From: Cyanidioschyzon merolae
Taxonomy: Eukaryota
Assembly: GCA_000091205.1 (NCBI GenBank)
Contig: AP006502.2
Reading direction: 5' to 3' (one strand)
Length of the DNA stretch: 64,000 bases
Under the pieces are notes generated by a model, which did not search any database, was not told where the DNA came from, and saw nothing but the letters and a program-made list of their open reading frames with translations. Shown in pieces: positions 21,153 through 33,111 of the stretch. The number at the start of each line of letters is the position of its first letter. Positions within the stretch are counted from its first letter, which is position 1. A program made the translations under genes and the position numbers.

Positions 21153-22682
21153 TTCCTCGGGTAAAAGGCTACACAATATCTGATGGGGTCGTGCATGTCA
21201 CATGTAGGAAAATTCTTCCTGTTAAAATATTTTAGTCGGTTGGCTTCGCAGAGATTCCAGACCAAACGCTCCGACCAATTGTCTTTCCTGTGCATTCTTG
21301 TCTTACACTTGGTAGAATCTTTCTCTCCATTTTCTAGCAGTATTTCGCCTTCTCTTGCGCTCAGCTTGCTGGCTTCATTGTCGTCGGTAAACTCAACATC
21401 CGTTTTTCCGCCTGATTCATACGTACCGGATGGACGGTGAGATCAAGGCTCGCTTATTGTGAGTAAATAAGATTGCATCTTTTTTCCCACATATAACTTT
21501 ACATCATCTGTTCCCTAGCGACTTTGCCCATGGAATGGGATGTGCGTTTTGGTTCCCTCGCGCGCTCGCAAAGAGAAGCAATAGTTTGTTTCAGGACAAT
21601 AGAAAGAAGAGAATGATTTGTCTACGAGCGTTTTCACGAGCACGATAGACTCGTTCTCGCAGATGGCGTCTCACTATGTGAGACGAACATGCCCTTTGTG
21701 TGATAGAAATTCGCGTTTCAGTGCGAGATCGATAATATACAGTTAATCGTGCGACAATCTCACAATGTGGCGTAATTTTTTTGCTCATCCGTTTCTTTTC
21801 AATATCGTTCATATTAACGGTACATAAACTTCACATCACTTCTTTTCTTTGGTAGCTTTTCGTAGAGAACGTAGGGAATGGAATGGATCGATGGGGGAAG
21901 ACGCGTGTAGGTACAGTTTCGCAAATTCAGGCATGAGTGCATGACGTTCAGAACAAGGGCTAAACGAAGGGAAGCTCATCAACCTTTGAACCATAGAGCG
22001 ACTGACAGACGTAATGCCATTTTTCGCAGGCTCGTAGTGACAGCATACCCTCTCCCGAAACCTCTCTCCAGTTTGCAGGATGCATTTCATTTGTTGGTTA
22101 CGAGCGAGAAAATCAAAAATAAACAAAAAGAATGCGCTAGTCAATGTGCAACAGAACTCACTGTTCTGCGCACAACCACTCTGAGCGTAACGAACACGAT
22201 TCAATCGTGTAAAGCGTGTTTTCCGGGTGCTCCCACCATCGCACGATCTCATACCAAGTTACTTGAGGAGCGTACTTAATAGATCGTTTCCCCATACCCA
22301 GACACTGTCGTATGTCACAACGGCATACCAGTGCGCTTAGGAGTCAACTGACGACAAGTCAGGGAGTATACGCGAAGGGAGCCACACCGAGTGGCTCAAA
22401 ACCGGCTCCCGCGCCAATGCGCGTAGCTCTTGTACAATGGCTGCATAACCGCTTTTCATAGAAAACCAAAATGAAACCTAAGGCGTGTTGCAGCGACCAG
22501 CAAATCATCAATACTTTTTGGGCCGATTGGCGAGGGCGACTCCATCGACCGTTACACGAATCTCCGAGGCGGCGGATCCGCGACGCCTGCGGCTGCGATT
22601 TTATCTTCTAAATAATTTCGCATCCGCACAGTTCTAGCTCACAGTTGCCGATAGTAGTTTCCGGCTCCTTAGTTTCGTTTAG

Positions 22683-24092
22683 ATGGACCATGACTTTTGG
22701 TGTAGTGATCTGGAGTTTGAATCATATCCGGAGTTGATGAGTGGGAACGGGCGCGAGAGCTCCGTCGACGCAACTGCTGCCGACGGTGACGGTGCTGGCT
22801 GCAGAAACCCGCTCAGAGAGACACTTGACTCGCACGCAAAGCCACTCGGTAGCGATCAATTTTTCGAGCAGGTTCTGCCTAGAGAGGGCGACTTCCTTCA
22901 CGAAGGCCCTTTTCTTAGTGAGGACTCGTTGCAGCGTTTGCTGCTTTCTGTTTCGTCTCCCAGGACCCATGGCGAGTCACAGCTCTCGGAAGAGAAGTCC
23001 ACTCCGGACAAGAGGAGAAGCGGACAGTCAGGTAAAAGCAATAAGGCAGCCCAGGGAGACATACTTGAAGACCCGGAAAGCTTTGTCGGTACTCAAACGG
23101 ACGCCCATGGCGACAATACTGTCAGCCTTCGGGACGTTCTTGCGCTAGCGTTGCCGCGAGTAGACCCGTACTCGCGCCAGCGTCTCCTTGAGCTCCACGG
23201 TTTACTTCGCAAAGGTTCTCTCGATGTGTATGGATTTATCAGCGAGCTGCGTAGAGTTATAGGCTCTAGGATGCTTCGTGAGCTGGCAACCGAGCTGGAA
23301 ACGACTCAGCACGATTTTCTCGAGTGTGAGAGGACTCTTGGGGCGCACAAAACCCAAGAATCATTCATAGAACCGAGTCAACAAAACGCTATGGAGTCTG
23401 TTGAAGAGATTTCTCTCTTGGAACCAGCAACCATGGCGGGAACCGAGGTGTCATCAAGCGAAAGTACGCCACTCTCGACGTCCCAGAGCGCGTCCACCAG
23501 CAAACCGAAGAAGCGCGCTTGGACCCGACTCGAACATTATATATTTTTGAAGGCAATGCAGATCTACGGTAGAGGGAAGTGGAAGTATATCGCCGACGTC
23601 CTGCCCGGTCGAACTCCAAACCAGGTTGCGAGTCACGCCAAGAAGTTTTTCCTGCGACAGAGAAAGAGCTTGAAAGACAAGCGAATGCGCAGCATACATG
23701 ATCTCGTTCTCTCAAGTCCTGAAATGCGCGAAGTGGAACGGGCCCTCGAAACTGGAGCGATTGAAACGCCGGGGTTCAATCTGGCGGCACTGGGTATCGT
23801 TCGGAAGGTACAGTCCGTGTTTCCCCGGCCTGCGCCTTCACATCATGATGGAAGCCTCAGTGGGTGGGAGACTGCCCTTCCTGGGATCAGCAGGAGAGCG
23901 GAGTACACGTCTGCCCCCATGTATCCTTCCGCGGACTATGCGGGGACAAACGCTCACATGGGAGACCCGATGACGCGCAGCTGCGACCTGCGGCTGCGAC
24001 GTTTAGAGTACACGGCCCATTTGCTCCGTCAAACGATCTCCACGATGCGTGCTCAAGCTTGCGGCACCTTAGTCGATCCAAGAGGGTCTTGA
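22683..24092 (+). CDS. MYB-like transcription factor, SHAQKYF class (single MYB/SANT repeat)
   Basis: KKRAWTRLEHYIFLKAMQIYGRGKWKYIADVLPGRTPNQVASHAKKFFLRQRK is a MYB repeat with the SHAQK(Y/F)F signature (here SHAKKFF). The flanking regions are acidic and Ser-rich. Confidence 0.6.
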   Translation: MDHDFWCSDLEFESYPELMSGNGRESSVDATAADGDGAGCRNPLRETLDSHAKPLGSDQFFEQVLPREGDFLHEGPFLSEDSLQRLLLSVSSPRTHGESQLSEEKSTPDKRRSGQSGKSNKAAQGDILEDPESFVGTQTDAHGDNTVSLRDVLALALPRVDPYSRQRLLELHGLLRKGSLDVYGFISELRRVIGSRMLRELATELETTQHDFLECERTLGAHKTQESFIEPSQQNAMESVEEISLLEPATMAGTEVSSSESTPLSTSQSASTSKPKKRAWTRLEHYIFLKAMQIYGRGKWKYIADVLPGRTPNQVASHAKKFFLRQRKSLKDKRMRSIHDLVLSSPEMREVERALETGAIETPGFNLAALGIVRKVQSVFPRPAPSHHDGSLSGWETALPGISRRAEYTSAPMYPSADYAGTNAHMGDPMTRSCDLRLRRLEYTAHLLRQTISTMRAQACGTLVDPRGS

Positions 24093-24668
24093 ATGCTCTA
24101 TCTCCGAGAAGCATCCAAGGCATCTCACGGGTGAAAGGATCAGTGTTAGATTCCGCATTCGTACTTATAAGTGTCCAGACCTGATCCTTTACACGCTTCG
24201 ACGCAGGATTTAGATGTGTCCATGCATATGAACAGTTAGCATGTTGATAAATCGCTATTCTTTAACTTTCTGGGCACGAATGCAGAATCGTTTGATCCAT
24301 ACTTGCCCAGCTCCCACTATCTGAACACATGCTGGTACTCGTGTGAACGGATATCTGACGCTTTCTAGCCTTTTCGGAAGGATCTTGGCTTCGCAGGCGC
24401 TTCGGTGCGCCCCAAGAACTTGTGCTAGATTTCATCATACGGGAGAGCTTTCTGAGTACCATTATACATCTGAAAACGAAAACGTCTTTACTTTCTTTAA
24501 TTGGAGAAGCGCAGTCATATGCATCTCGGTCGGGCCGGGCATGTCATCAGGTGCGATGCGCATTCCACATGCGGGGCGATTCAGGACCCGAGTATGATGC
24601 AACCGCAGTTCAACCATGTACTGCAGCCTATAATTCACTCTCTATTTCTGTATCATTTGGATAATCTA

Positions 24669-26066
24669 CTAGGGAGTGCCACGTTCCATGTCCACTCGTC
24701 GAGTGGTTTTCCAGTAGGGAAGACATTCCGATGGCTTCCAAATGCAGAGCACGACAGTCCAGTATATAAAGAAGATCCGGTGCAATGAGAAGATAAGACC
24801 CAGAAGCGCTAGCCGCAGACTTGCGCAAGCTTGGCACATGAGTCCTAGGCCCCAGACGAGAAGGAACGCTAGATGAAACCAAACCGCACGGTTTCCATTG
24901 AACCAGAATGAGAGAATAAATTGCGGAAGCAAAAATATTGGTGCTAGGAGCACACAAAATTCTACGAGTTCGTCAGGGTCGTTCCACCAGAGGCAGGGCA
25001 ATGACTCCAGATAGTCCGTATAGCGACGGTAGCCGCCGTAGACCCAGCGAGCCCGCTGCTGAAAAAGTGCCTTCCAGCTAGGAGCTAGTTCCTCCATAAC
25101 GTAGGTATCATCGATGTAGTGGATCTTCAGACCCGCAATTTTGAGGCGACAAGTCATATCAACGTCATCACCCGTGGTTTGATCATTGAAGAAAAAGCCT
25201 CTGAGAGCCGACCTGCCATCAGCAACATGCAAGATGACAGCTTCGTCGAAAAACATGCCATTTCCTCGTAATGAAGCACAACCAGCCCGACGAATCTGTC
25301 TCTGAGAGGAGACGAACCAGTCAGCCATATAGTCCGCAACCTGGCAATCCTCAAGCAGGGATCTGCTACCCCATCGAATGGGCTTTTTGAGGACCTGAAG
25401 AACAAGCGCGTCTTCGCTCAAAAATACTGCCGCTAGAGCCGCGAGAAGGCGGGGATCGCACTGTGCATCCGCGTCCAAAAAGCCAATAATATGCCTCTTT
25501 TTCGGTGAAATAATCACATCTTGCTCTCGTTCATAGAAAATGTACTTGAGTGCTGCATTCAAAGCACCAGACTTGCCTCCGCCGATATCGTGCTGCGGAC
25601 GTGCAATCGCTTGGCACACAGGCAGAGGTCGCAATGTGTCCCGTATCCAATGATGAATACGGTCAAAGGAACCATCCGTCGAATGGTCATCAAGTACCAA
25701 AATCCGATAGGAATCCACTGGGTACTTAAGGCCAAAGCAGAGTTTCTGCAGAGTCTTGCAAATCACGCCGCTTTCATTTTTGCAAGGAACTACCAGAGTG
25801 AAGAACGGGAGACTTCCAGTATCAATATCAGCTTCAGGGATTTTTTTAGTTGTAACCTTTTTACGCACTAGGAACGCCAAAAGATATGCGTCTAGTAAGA
25901 TAGCCGCTATATGGTAAACTCGTGAGGCTGGTCTCCAGAGAAACGACACTACGCCCGCCCCGAGGACACACAAGGGCAAAAGCACCGATCTTGAGCGCCG
26001 GTTGCTCGTTTCCGGCAACATCGAGAGGCCCGCGCAAGGTACTCGGACAGAAGTACCGCACAGCAC
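24669..26066 (-). CDS. Family 2 glycosyltransferase, processive type (cellulose/chitin-synthase-like), multi-pass membrane
   Basis: LVVPCKNESGVI, LDDHSTDGS, the DxD motif in FLDADAQCD, and QQRARWVYG (the Q-x-x-R-W motif of processive GT2). Hydrophobic segments at both termini. Confidence 0.7.
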   Translation of the reverse strand: MLCGTSVRVPCAGLSMLPETSNRRSRSVLLPLCVLGAGVVSFLWRPASRVYHIAAILLDAYLLAFLVRKKVTTKKIPEADIDTGSLPFFTLVVPCKNESGVICKTLQKLCFGLKYPVDSYRILVLDDHSTDGSFDRIHHWIRDTLRPLPVCQAIARPQHDIGGGKSGALNAALKYIFYEREQDVIISPKKRHIIGFLDADAQCDPRLLAALAAVFLSEDALVLQVLKKPIRWGSRSLLEDCQVADYMADWFVSSQRQIRRAGCASLRGNGMFFDEAVILHVADGRSALRGFFFNDQTTGDDVDMTCRLKIAGLKIHYIDDTYVMEELAPSWKALFQQRARWVYGGYRRYTDYLESLPCLWWNDPDELVEFCVLLAPIFLLPQFILSFWFNGNRAVWFHLAFLLVWGLGLMCQACASLRLALLGLIFSLHRIFFIYWTVVLCIWKPSECLPYWKTTRRVDMERGTP

Positions 26067-26198
26067 ATATCCATTTGAGAACCTGACAGGACGTTATCAG
26101 AGCGGAACACTCCACACTAGAACGGACTGGAAACGGCACCGACGTCCACCCTTCGTCTCGCGCACGACGGAAGAACAAGAATCCGCGTTGCTCTATCC

Positions 26199-26741
26199 AT
26201 GATCGAGCTCCAGCTTGAACTGTTTCCGGGACATATCGCGGGTTTGCTGCTGGTTGAACTTTCGAAACCTGTTGAAGACTTTGCAAGCATTTTCATACAA
26301 GGAACCTGGGAGTGTGCGCTTCTTGATGCGGGTGTCGTTTTCCACAAGTCACAATTGCTGACTGCGGTTAACGTTGCGTTCCAAAGATTCGAGGCTGGAC
26401 GATTGAAGACTCACTCCCTCCACAATGAGGTGATGCTCGCTCTTTCAGCTAAGCTTAGTATAAGAGATGGACTTGCAGCTGTTCGTTTTTCATGGGAGAA
26501 AACTAGATGTTTAGTTGTTGCTGTGGACCCGCCTGCCTCGTTTCCTCAAGCGGCTGAGTCGACGTCGAACGCTCTGGCTGCAAAGGTCAGACATTTTCCG
26601 GAGGGTGCGAACGAGCTTTTCAACGAACTCCTTGTTCACGTTGATAAGCCTTCGATCCAGAATCTTTATGGAACAGATATCGATCCACACTGGATATGCA
26701 CGAAGATTGCTACCGTTGAGTATGTACGGCAGCTTCGTTGA
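26199..26741 (+). CDS. CGI121: KEOPS/EKC complex subunit Cgi121 (TPRKB)
   Basis: MIELQLELFPGHIAGLLLVEL...DAGVVFHKSQLLTAVNVAFQRFEAGRLKTHSLHNEVMLALSAKLSIRDGLAAVRFS is collinear with TPRKB (LDLFPECRVTLLLF...[56 protein letters not shown]). Confidence 0.7.
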   Translation: MIELQLELFPGHIAGLLLVELSKPVEDFASIFIQGTWECALLDAGVVFHKSQLLTAVNVAFQRFEAGRLKTHSLHNEVMLALSAKLSIRDGLAAVRFSWEKTRCLVVAVDPPASFPQAAESTSNALAAKVRHFPEGANELFNELLVHVDKPSIQNLYGTDIDPHWICTKIATVEYVRQLR

Positions 26742-27360
26742 TCGTGGCGGCATTACGCACACAGGAACGCTAGCGAACGGAATATTCAACGCGAGGGCAA
26801 CCATTTGTGGGCGCTAGGAAAGCGACTTGTACCGTCCAGAGCGCTCTGTTGTTATCATGGAATTTGTTACGAATCCATTCATGGTATCACGGTTAACCGA
26901 CGCTGGGATTGTCATTTTACTTGTCCAGAGCGTTCTGTTGTAATCATTGGGTTTCCTCTGCTGCATTCCCTATCTCATGAGCCGTCATCCAGCGCACAAC
27001 GCACAGTCTATGGGAACGTCACAAGGACTTATAAGCATGTCTTAATTGCGCGTCTGATTTGTCCTGACAAACGCCCTCCTGTTAGTTAACTAGCGCTCAT
27101 GCGGCGTTTCCTGTTTTCGCCAAAGCATCCATGCAGACGACAGCCTGAATCCTTTCGAAACAGTGTGTGATAGCCTCTTTGGACTTGCACGGAGGTCTTT
27201 TCCTCCGTGGTCGATGCAACAGAGCTTGGAAGGCCTGGGAACGTGAAGCCTCCCCTGAAAGCGTAAACGCTCTGCGAAATCGCAGTAAAACGCTTTAAGC
27301 TGGCGTCTGCCAGTTGGCGTGATTAAAAGGGCCCAACGCTTGCCATACAGCAGAAACAAC

Positions 27361-29247
27361 CTAACGCATTTGCGGTGCCTGTAGGATAGATCCATCCAAC
27401 GTGATGCCCAGTAAACGCAAAAATACGGCGATTTCTTCCCTCGAGTTTTCATCCGCAATACGTTGCTCCAAGTCTGAGAAACAGGAAGCGGTCCGTCGCC
27501 CTTGAACCGCATCAATCCCTTCAGGATGTAGCGATCCGTGCATGCTATTCAAATCGAGGCTCGGTCTCGAAAGGACCTGCTTATCCTCTCTGGTCGCCGT
27601 TGGACGTCCCGGAAAGGGTGAATTGCTCCGTTTGACTGTGTTCGTGCAATGATGCATTGAATCTGTGAATCTCGCGGACCGACTCGGAGCTGGGAGGTGC
27701 GCGTTTTTGATCGGAGCCTTTGGGATTTTCAGACGATCAAACCACCGATGCTTGAGCAACTCTTGACAAGACGGACGTTGCCTGTAATCTTGGGCTAAGC
27801 ATAAGGCAAGAAAGTTACGAGCGTTACTACTGAGGCGAATTTCCTGCGGAATTTCAGGCGATCCTTTTTCAAGCAGCGTTACGATCAAGTCAAGGTGTCC
27901 TCTGCAGCCCAAATAGTCATCATAGTTTGGATGCTTCCCTTGCAGGCACTCAAGGAGGCTGATTCCAAGACTATAAATATCCGCTCGGTAATCGTAAGGA
28001 CTCGCGCGAAGCATCTCGGGTGCCATATAAAGGCAAGTCCCGACGAATTTCCCTTCCCGAACTGGTCCGTGCACTCCGAGATCGGAATTATCTTTCTGAG
28101 GATTCTTCTGCACAGATATTGATGAAGATAGACCAAAATCTGCGAGTTTCACTTGCCCAAGACGATTCAACAGAAGGTTGGACGGCTTCACATCCCGATG
28201 CACGCGATGGCAGACGTTGTGGACGAACTGGAGTGCTCGGAGCGTCTGCCACGCAATCGCTCGTACAACTGATTCAGACAGCCGCTTCACGGACGATCGG
28301 CGGTATAAGCCGTCGATGCTTCCGACGTCCATAAGCTCCATAAGAATCATGACCCTGTTTCCGTCCTCGACGATTTCATGGTAATGAACGATGTTTTCGC
28401 AGTCGTGCGCTCGGGCCATTCTCAAGACGGATACTTCGCTTCGTATCTGAGCACGATGCGAGCTTGAATCAATGATCTTTATCGCTATCGGCTCCGATTT
28501 GTCCTTGTACATGGCAAGCTGAACAGATGCGAAGGAACCGCTTCCGATTGTACGGAGAAATTGTAGATGGTTCGCTTTCAGGCCAGAGCCAGTTCCAAAG
28601 CTATTAGATGTCGGACAATCAGATACTTGCATAACACGCGAGACACCCGATTCCATACGAGAGGATTTCATGGAAACGTCTTCCTGTTTGAGAGATTTCC
28701 AATCGGCCGCGGCCTGTCGAGTTTCATAGCTGGTTTCGCCTGCCTCTCCGGCAGATATACTACAAGCCATCACTTGTCGTTCTGCAGTCGAGTACGCGGT
28801 AGGAGCTTCATCTGCCTCTGCACAGCACTCAAAACTCGCACCGTACTCATCGTTTGGTTGGAGTGGGTCTCCAAAGTTGAGATCCGTTTCATTCAGGGTG
28901 AGCTTGCCGAGCCCGCGGCGAACGCTCAGGCTCTTGCTACGTGTTTCTAATAGATTCGATACTGCCACGACAGAATTCGAGGTTGCACTTCCGTAGTTGT
29001 CTTGAGGACGTTTTCGATTGTTCACAGCCGACGCTTGCAAACGCGTCTCGTCTGCAGCTGGTGGTGGACTTCGAGCGACCTTCCCTTTGAGGAGCCCGCT
29101 CAACCAGAGCGGGACGCGGTGGCGCCCTCGCTTCGGGGCAACTCGCCCGAGACGCGAATCAACTTGCGCATACCCTGGTGCGAACCGAGAGTGCAGTGTG
29201 CTGCCTTCTCCAGAGTGCTCCTCTGCGAACCGAAGACATCGCAACAT
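27361..29247 (-). CDS. Dual-specificity MAP kinase kinase (MEK/STE7-like) Ser/Thr protein kinase
   Basis: IGSGSFASVQLAMYK...IAIKII (G-loop and VAIK), HRDVKPSNLLLNRLGQVKLADFGLS (HRD and DFG), GTCLYMAPE. The long N-terminal extension is Ser-rich. Confidence 0.75.
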   Translation of the reverse strand: MLRCLRFAEEHSGEGSTLHSRFAPGYAQVDSRLGRVAPKRGRHRVPLWLSGLLKGKVARSPPPAADETRLQASAVNNRKRPQDNYGSATSNSVVAVSNLLETRSKSLSVRRGLGKLTLNETDLNFGDPLQPNDEYGASFECCAEADEAPTAYSTAERQVMACSISAGEAGETSYETRQAAADWKSLKQEDVSMKSSRMESGVSRVMQVSDCPTSNSFGTGSGLKANHLQFLRTIGSGSFASVQLAMYKDKSEPIAIKIIDSSSHRAQIRSEVSVLRMARAHDCENIVHYHEIVEDGNRVMILMELMDVGSIDGLYRRSSVKRLSESVVRAIAWQTLRALQFVHNVCHRVHRDVKPSNLLLNRLGQVKLADFGLSSSISVQKNPQKDNSDLGVHGPVREGKFVGTCLYMAPEMLRASPYDYRADIYSLGISLLECLQGKHPNYDDYLGCRGHLDLIVTLLEKGSPEIPQEIRLSSNARNFLALCLAQDYRQRPSCQELLKHRWFDRLKIPKAPIKNAHLPAPSRSARFTDSMHHCTNTVKRSNSPFPGRPTATREDKQVLSRPSLDLNSMHGSLHPEGIDAVQGRRTASCFSDLEQRIADENSREEIAVFLRLLGITLDGSILQAPQMR

Positions 29248-29554
29248 GCAGCAAAGCTAGTCCTTCTTTCCTAGTCGCATAGAAAACTCTGCGGCATTGA
29301 TCCTAATTTGCTAGTGCGCGTTGTACCCTCCAATACCGTGGCGGCTGCAGGCAGATGTGACTTCACACCCATATTAGACTAAACTGCAACAGGCTTTCAA
29401 ACAAAGCTGCGCAAACTAAAGTTTGATTTTGTTCCCGCTCTAATAAACACTAGCCTTTGTGGCTTGTTCTGCGATTGGGTTTGCTCCCTCTAACTTATTT
29501 CGGGCTTTGAATGCACTGGTCTATCCTTTTCCTCAAAATCCATCGTCTGCAGTT

Positions 29555-29700
29555 CGGGGATATTGATGGCAGCGTTGAGGTCCCGATTTCGCTGCTTCCC
29601 GCAATTGTCGACTCAGTCGATGCACCGGGCGGTAGATAAGTTCAGAGCTTCGCTCTCCATTTTCACCTTCTTTATGTACAGCGTGGAGCGCATATCGCAG
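29555..29700 (+). repeat. Decayed copy of the RDVDGNVTATI-type TnpB/Fanzor-like 3' end
   Basis: DNA GGGATATTGATGGCAGCGTTGAGGTCCCGATTTCGCTGCTTCC compared with GGGATGTTGATGGCAACGTTACAGCCACGATTTCGCCGCTTCC at 17505-17547. The later ...tt(c/t)atgtacag block is also shared. It translates as F-G-D-I-D-G-S-V-E-V-P-I-S-L-L-P. Confidence 0.35.
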
Positions 29701-31327
29701 AGTGACATATGGCTGCAGTCAGGTATTCAAGCATTTCCGACATACCTCATTCTTCTGCGCAAGGTACCCTACGGCGCGTGCAGGCATGGTTCATCGCTCC
29801 ATCATGCCATTGACGGGCATAGAAGATGCCCTCGGTGCTCTCTTCCGTTTCCGCGTATGGTGCCGTGCGCTACGAGCATGGGGGATCCTCCCTGTGAGAA
29901 CTCTGTTCTCTGGATACGCAAGCGCGCACTGTTCCATAAGATAGAGGATTCATGGAACACAATATCGTACATGATGGAACGCGTACTCGAAGGAATATCC
30001 GGGCTGGATATCACTCTGCGAAATTTCGATACGACTAAGCTACCCTCGTGCAAAATGTCACGTACTGCCCACTGCAAGCGGTCGCCGCGTGGACTGACGT
30101 CCAAGTCCGAGACCTTTTTCCATGTAAACAAAAGAGACGAGAAAAGCAACGAGCAGATATTGAGTGCCATTTCTTCGATACCGAAGAAGAGAGGAGGACG
30201 TATTTTCGAATCGAATGGTTTCTTTGATGTGGCAAGTTTAGTGGACTTTTGGAATGAGCTTGCGAAAAAAGTCGTCTAGGGACAGCGTCGAGTGTTTTAC
30301 GTCTTCATTCTAATGGTGCGAGTTGCTGCGCCCCGGGTCGGCTCGAAGCACAGAGGTCCAAAACGTGAGGAATATGTGAATTGAGCATGATAAGTGTGAG
30401 AAAAGGAGAGAGGCGGAGGTTTGTACCCATGAACTAGATGATGATGACGGCTATTCTACGAACCTGAATTCGACGGTATCGCGAAGGATCTTAATTACGG
30501 TGACATCCCGGTTTCCAGCAGCAAGGAGCGGATAGAGCTACTCCGAAACGACGACCGGGAATCCAAATACTCCGAATCAATCCATAAGCCCCTACTGCGG
30601 GACCTGGAGTTCCGAAGCCGCACATCCATAAATGGTCGAAAACATCGCAAGTCAGGAACAGAGCGGGCAGTTCAACTTTTCATTTTAATCTGACAGGGGC
30701 TAGGCCAGTCTCTGGATGAATCACAAATAGCAAGGAGACATCCTAGCAAGAGGAGAGCATCATTTGCAGAAAGTTCTGCGAAGATATTAAGGCGCGCATG
30801 CAGAAGTCCCCAGATATCCGGAACGTACACGAGCACCAGTTCGTCCACGAAGCGTTCATGACGAATCCTGGTCAGTTTGGAATATGCAAAGAAATATTCT
30901 AGCACACGCCAATCACTCAATGCGTTTTGCACCCAATTCAGCCTCTGGAACTCACGCCCTCGTTGGACACCCCACAGACATTCTGTCTCCATGCGACATC
31001 CGCAGATGCGTCAGCAACGACTCAGCGAGCGTCCGCAGTAGGCTCAATGCCACCTGCATCGCTGGATCTTTCAAGTTGCCGTTGTTTAGGACCAATGAGC
31101 CGGCCTCCAAGGCTGCGTGAATCGCGAGCACAGGGGAACAGTCCCTATGAGTTTCCGCGCAAACCGCAGTCGGTGTACGAGCGTACTTGAAGATGATTAC
31201 CATTCATGAGAAGACCCTCATGCAACGCTCCTCTGTGGCGACAGTAGACATGACAGCTCCTCGCATGACTGCATCAGAACCGGGTATATTCTTTGGCAGC
31301 GCCTTACCCTAGTATGTACCCAGGTCT

Positions 31328-32191
31328 TCAAATCCGTGCATTCGGACCAAGTGTTTTCTTGGGCAGCGCCTTACCCTCGTACGCATCCAGGTAAGAGCTA
31401 TCCGATAATTTTCGCTCCACATCGTAGCTCATTCTTCTGAGAACTTGAGGCGTCATTTGCAAAGGCTCAAACTGGAAAATTTCCGGGGGCGGTCTCGTGG
31501 AGGGTGGTCGCCTGCGCCGATTCTCGAGCCCTGTACCAGAACGCGTCGGCAACTCGCCCTCCGCTGAAGCAGACTTGTCGGGCGGTATAGCTGCGGACTG
31601 CTCCACGGCAGCTACCCAGTTCCAGTCAAGACTTTTCAATTCTTGCAGAGAAAACTCTAGTCGGCCCTGCTTCCCAACAATTTGGACGTTCGGAAGTGGC
31701 TCCGCCTCTGGCCTTTGGTCCCGCCTCAGGACCCGCAGCACAACGTCAGGCCTTCGATGAGCAGCTATTGTCCTTGCCTTTATTTTTTCTCTCAGAGGCT
31801 CTGGGAGCGTCTTCCCCCGATTCCAAGGCACACGCTCTCTGCTGTTTTTAGGTGGCGGCGGCTTCTTCTCTGCCTTCCGCTTCTGCGACGTGCGCTTCAC
31901 CGGAGCCTTCGCAGAGTCCTTTGCACGCGAAGCGTCTTGGATTTTACCGCTCCCCGGTGCGCGCTTCTTGCGGGTACGGCGCTCTTGTTTTGGTTCGCAG
32001 TCTGATGAACAGCTTACAAGCGGCTTGCGGAAAAAAAGGTGCCCGCGGAACGTCCTCGTAAGTATCGCCCACATGCGCAATGAAAAGATTTCATATACTA
32101 GCTGCGGGTAAATTCGTCTGAGGTTGTGCACGCGCATTCGGCGCCGTACGCCGATATATACTTCTGACTGCGCTTCAAAGGCGTGCGACAT
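31328..32191 (-). CDS. Hypothetical Lys/Arg-rich protein
   Basis: 287-aa ORF with long basic tracts (KKRAPGSGK...KRKAEKKPPPPK). No recognisable domain. Divergent from NAC-alpha. Confidence 0.3.
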   Translation of the reverse strand: MSHAFEAQSEVYIGVRRRMRVHNLRRIYPQLVYEIFSLRMWAILTRTFRGHLFFRKPLVSCSSDCEPKQERRTRKKRAPGSGKIQDASRAKDSAKAPVKRTSQKRKAEKKPPPPKNSRERVPWNRGKTLPEPLREKIKARTIAAHRRPDVVLRVLRRDQRPEAEPLPNVQIVGKQGRLEFSLQELKSLDWNWVAAVEQSAAIPPDKSASAEGELPTRSGTGLENRRRRPPSTRPPPEIFQFEPLQMTPQVLRRMSYDVERKLSDSSYLDAYEGKALPKKTLGPNARI

Positions 32192-32906
32192 GACTGAGGA
32201 ACTGCCTCGACAAACAGAACCTCTTACTGAAGAAGAGACGGATCAGGAAAGTGCGTCCGAATTAAAACAAGAAGATATCGCCGAGGCAGCGAGAGAAAGT
32301 GGCATTGATCCGAAAGAGCTTGCACAGCAAGCGGCGCTCCTTCAGGCGCATGAGCACGCCGTCGGCGCGGCTGGCGCAGGGGCTGGCCTCCCCGCTCGCC
32401 AGTCTCGAGCTGAGAAGAAGACGAGAAAAGCCCTCTCAAAACTTGGACTGAAAAAGGTACCGGGTGTAACGCGGATTGCAGTGAAAAAAGAAGGGACTTT
32501 ACTTTTTGTTGTTTCGCAACCCGATGTGTACAAGAGCTCGGCGTCTGACACGTACGTTTTCTTCGGAGAAGCCAAAATTGGTGAGAGTATTGGTGATGCC
32601 GGTGCACAGGCCGAGGCAAGGCGCTTCCTAGACTACAGCGCTGACTCTGATCAGTTTGGCCTCGAGGGCAAACTGCGCGACTATCTTGGCGGCGAGAGAG
32701 CGGGAGCCGACGGGGCTCCCGGCACACGCTCAGGTCCCAGCGGCGACGTGTCAGAACAGGAAGAGGAAGTTGATGAGACAGGGCTCGACCCTAAGGACAT
32801 TGAGCTCGTTGTCCAGCAGGCGGATGTTTCCCGAGCACGTGCAGCACGAGCGTTACGCAATAACAATGGTGATATTGTGAATGCTATACTTGAGTTGACG
32901 GTATAA
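32190..32906 (+). CDS. NACA: Nascent polypeptide-associated complex subunit alpha (NAC-alpha) with C-terminal UBA domain
   Basis: NAC domain KKVPGVTRIAVKKEGTLLFVVSQPDVYKSSASDTYVFFGEAKIGE. C-terminal UBA-like LVVQQADVSRARAARALRNNNGDIVNAILELT. Acidic N-terminus. Start taken at the second Met (32190). Confidence 0.8.
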   Translation: MTEELPRQTEPLTEEETDQESASELKQEDIAEAARESGIDPKELAQQAALLQAHEHAVGAAGAGAGLPARQSRAEKKTRKALSKLGLKKVPGVTRIAVKKEGTLLFVVSQPDVYKSSASDTYVFFGEAKIGESIGDAGAQAEARRFLDYSADSDQFGLEGKLRDYLGGERAGADGAPGTRSGPSGDVSEQEEEVDETGLDPKDIELVVQQADVSRARAARALRNNNGDIVNAILELTV

Positions 32907-33111
32907 AGAAAGAATTTGATGACGCCTTACGGGGTATGCTTTGAGATCGGGGCTGTTCTGCTGGACCACACGATCCTGGAGCCGATGCGTTTCATGCTCA
33001 CCGAGAAATCTGAGAGCGCATCACGGGAAGGAACCGAAGGCGCTCACGTCACTCAATGCGTGACGTTCTGACTTTGCATCACCGGATCCAGACACTTTCT
33101 TCAAGCCTTTT

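Noticed and set aside
29563-30279. 238-aa ORF as a protein-coding gene
   Set aside because: Its first ~45 codons are the decayed TnpB-like repeat core shared with 17505-17580 in another frame. The remainder has no motif. More likely it is repeat-derived open frame.
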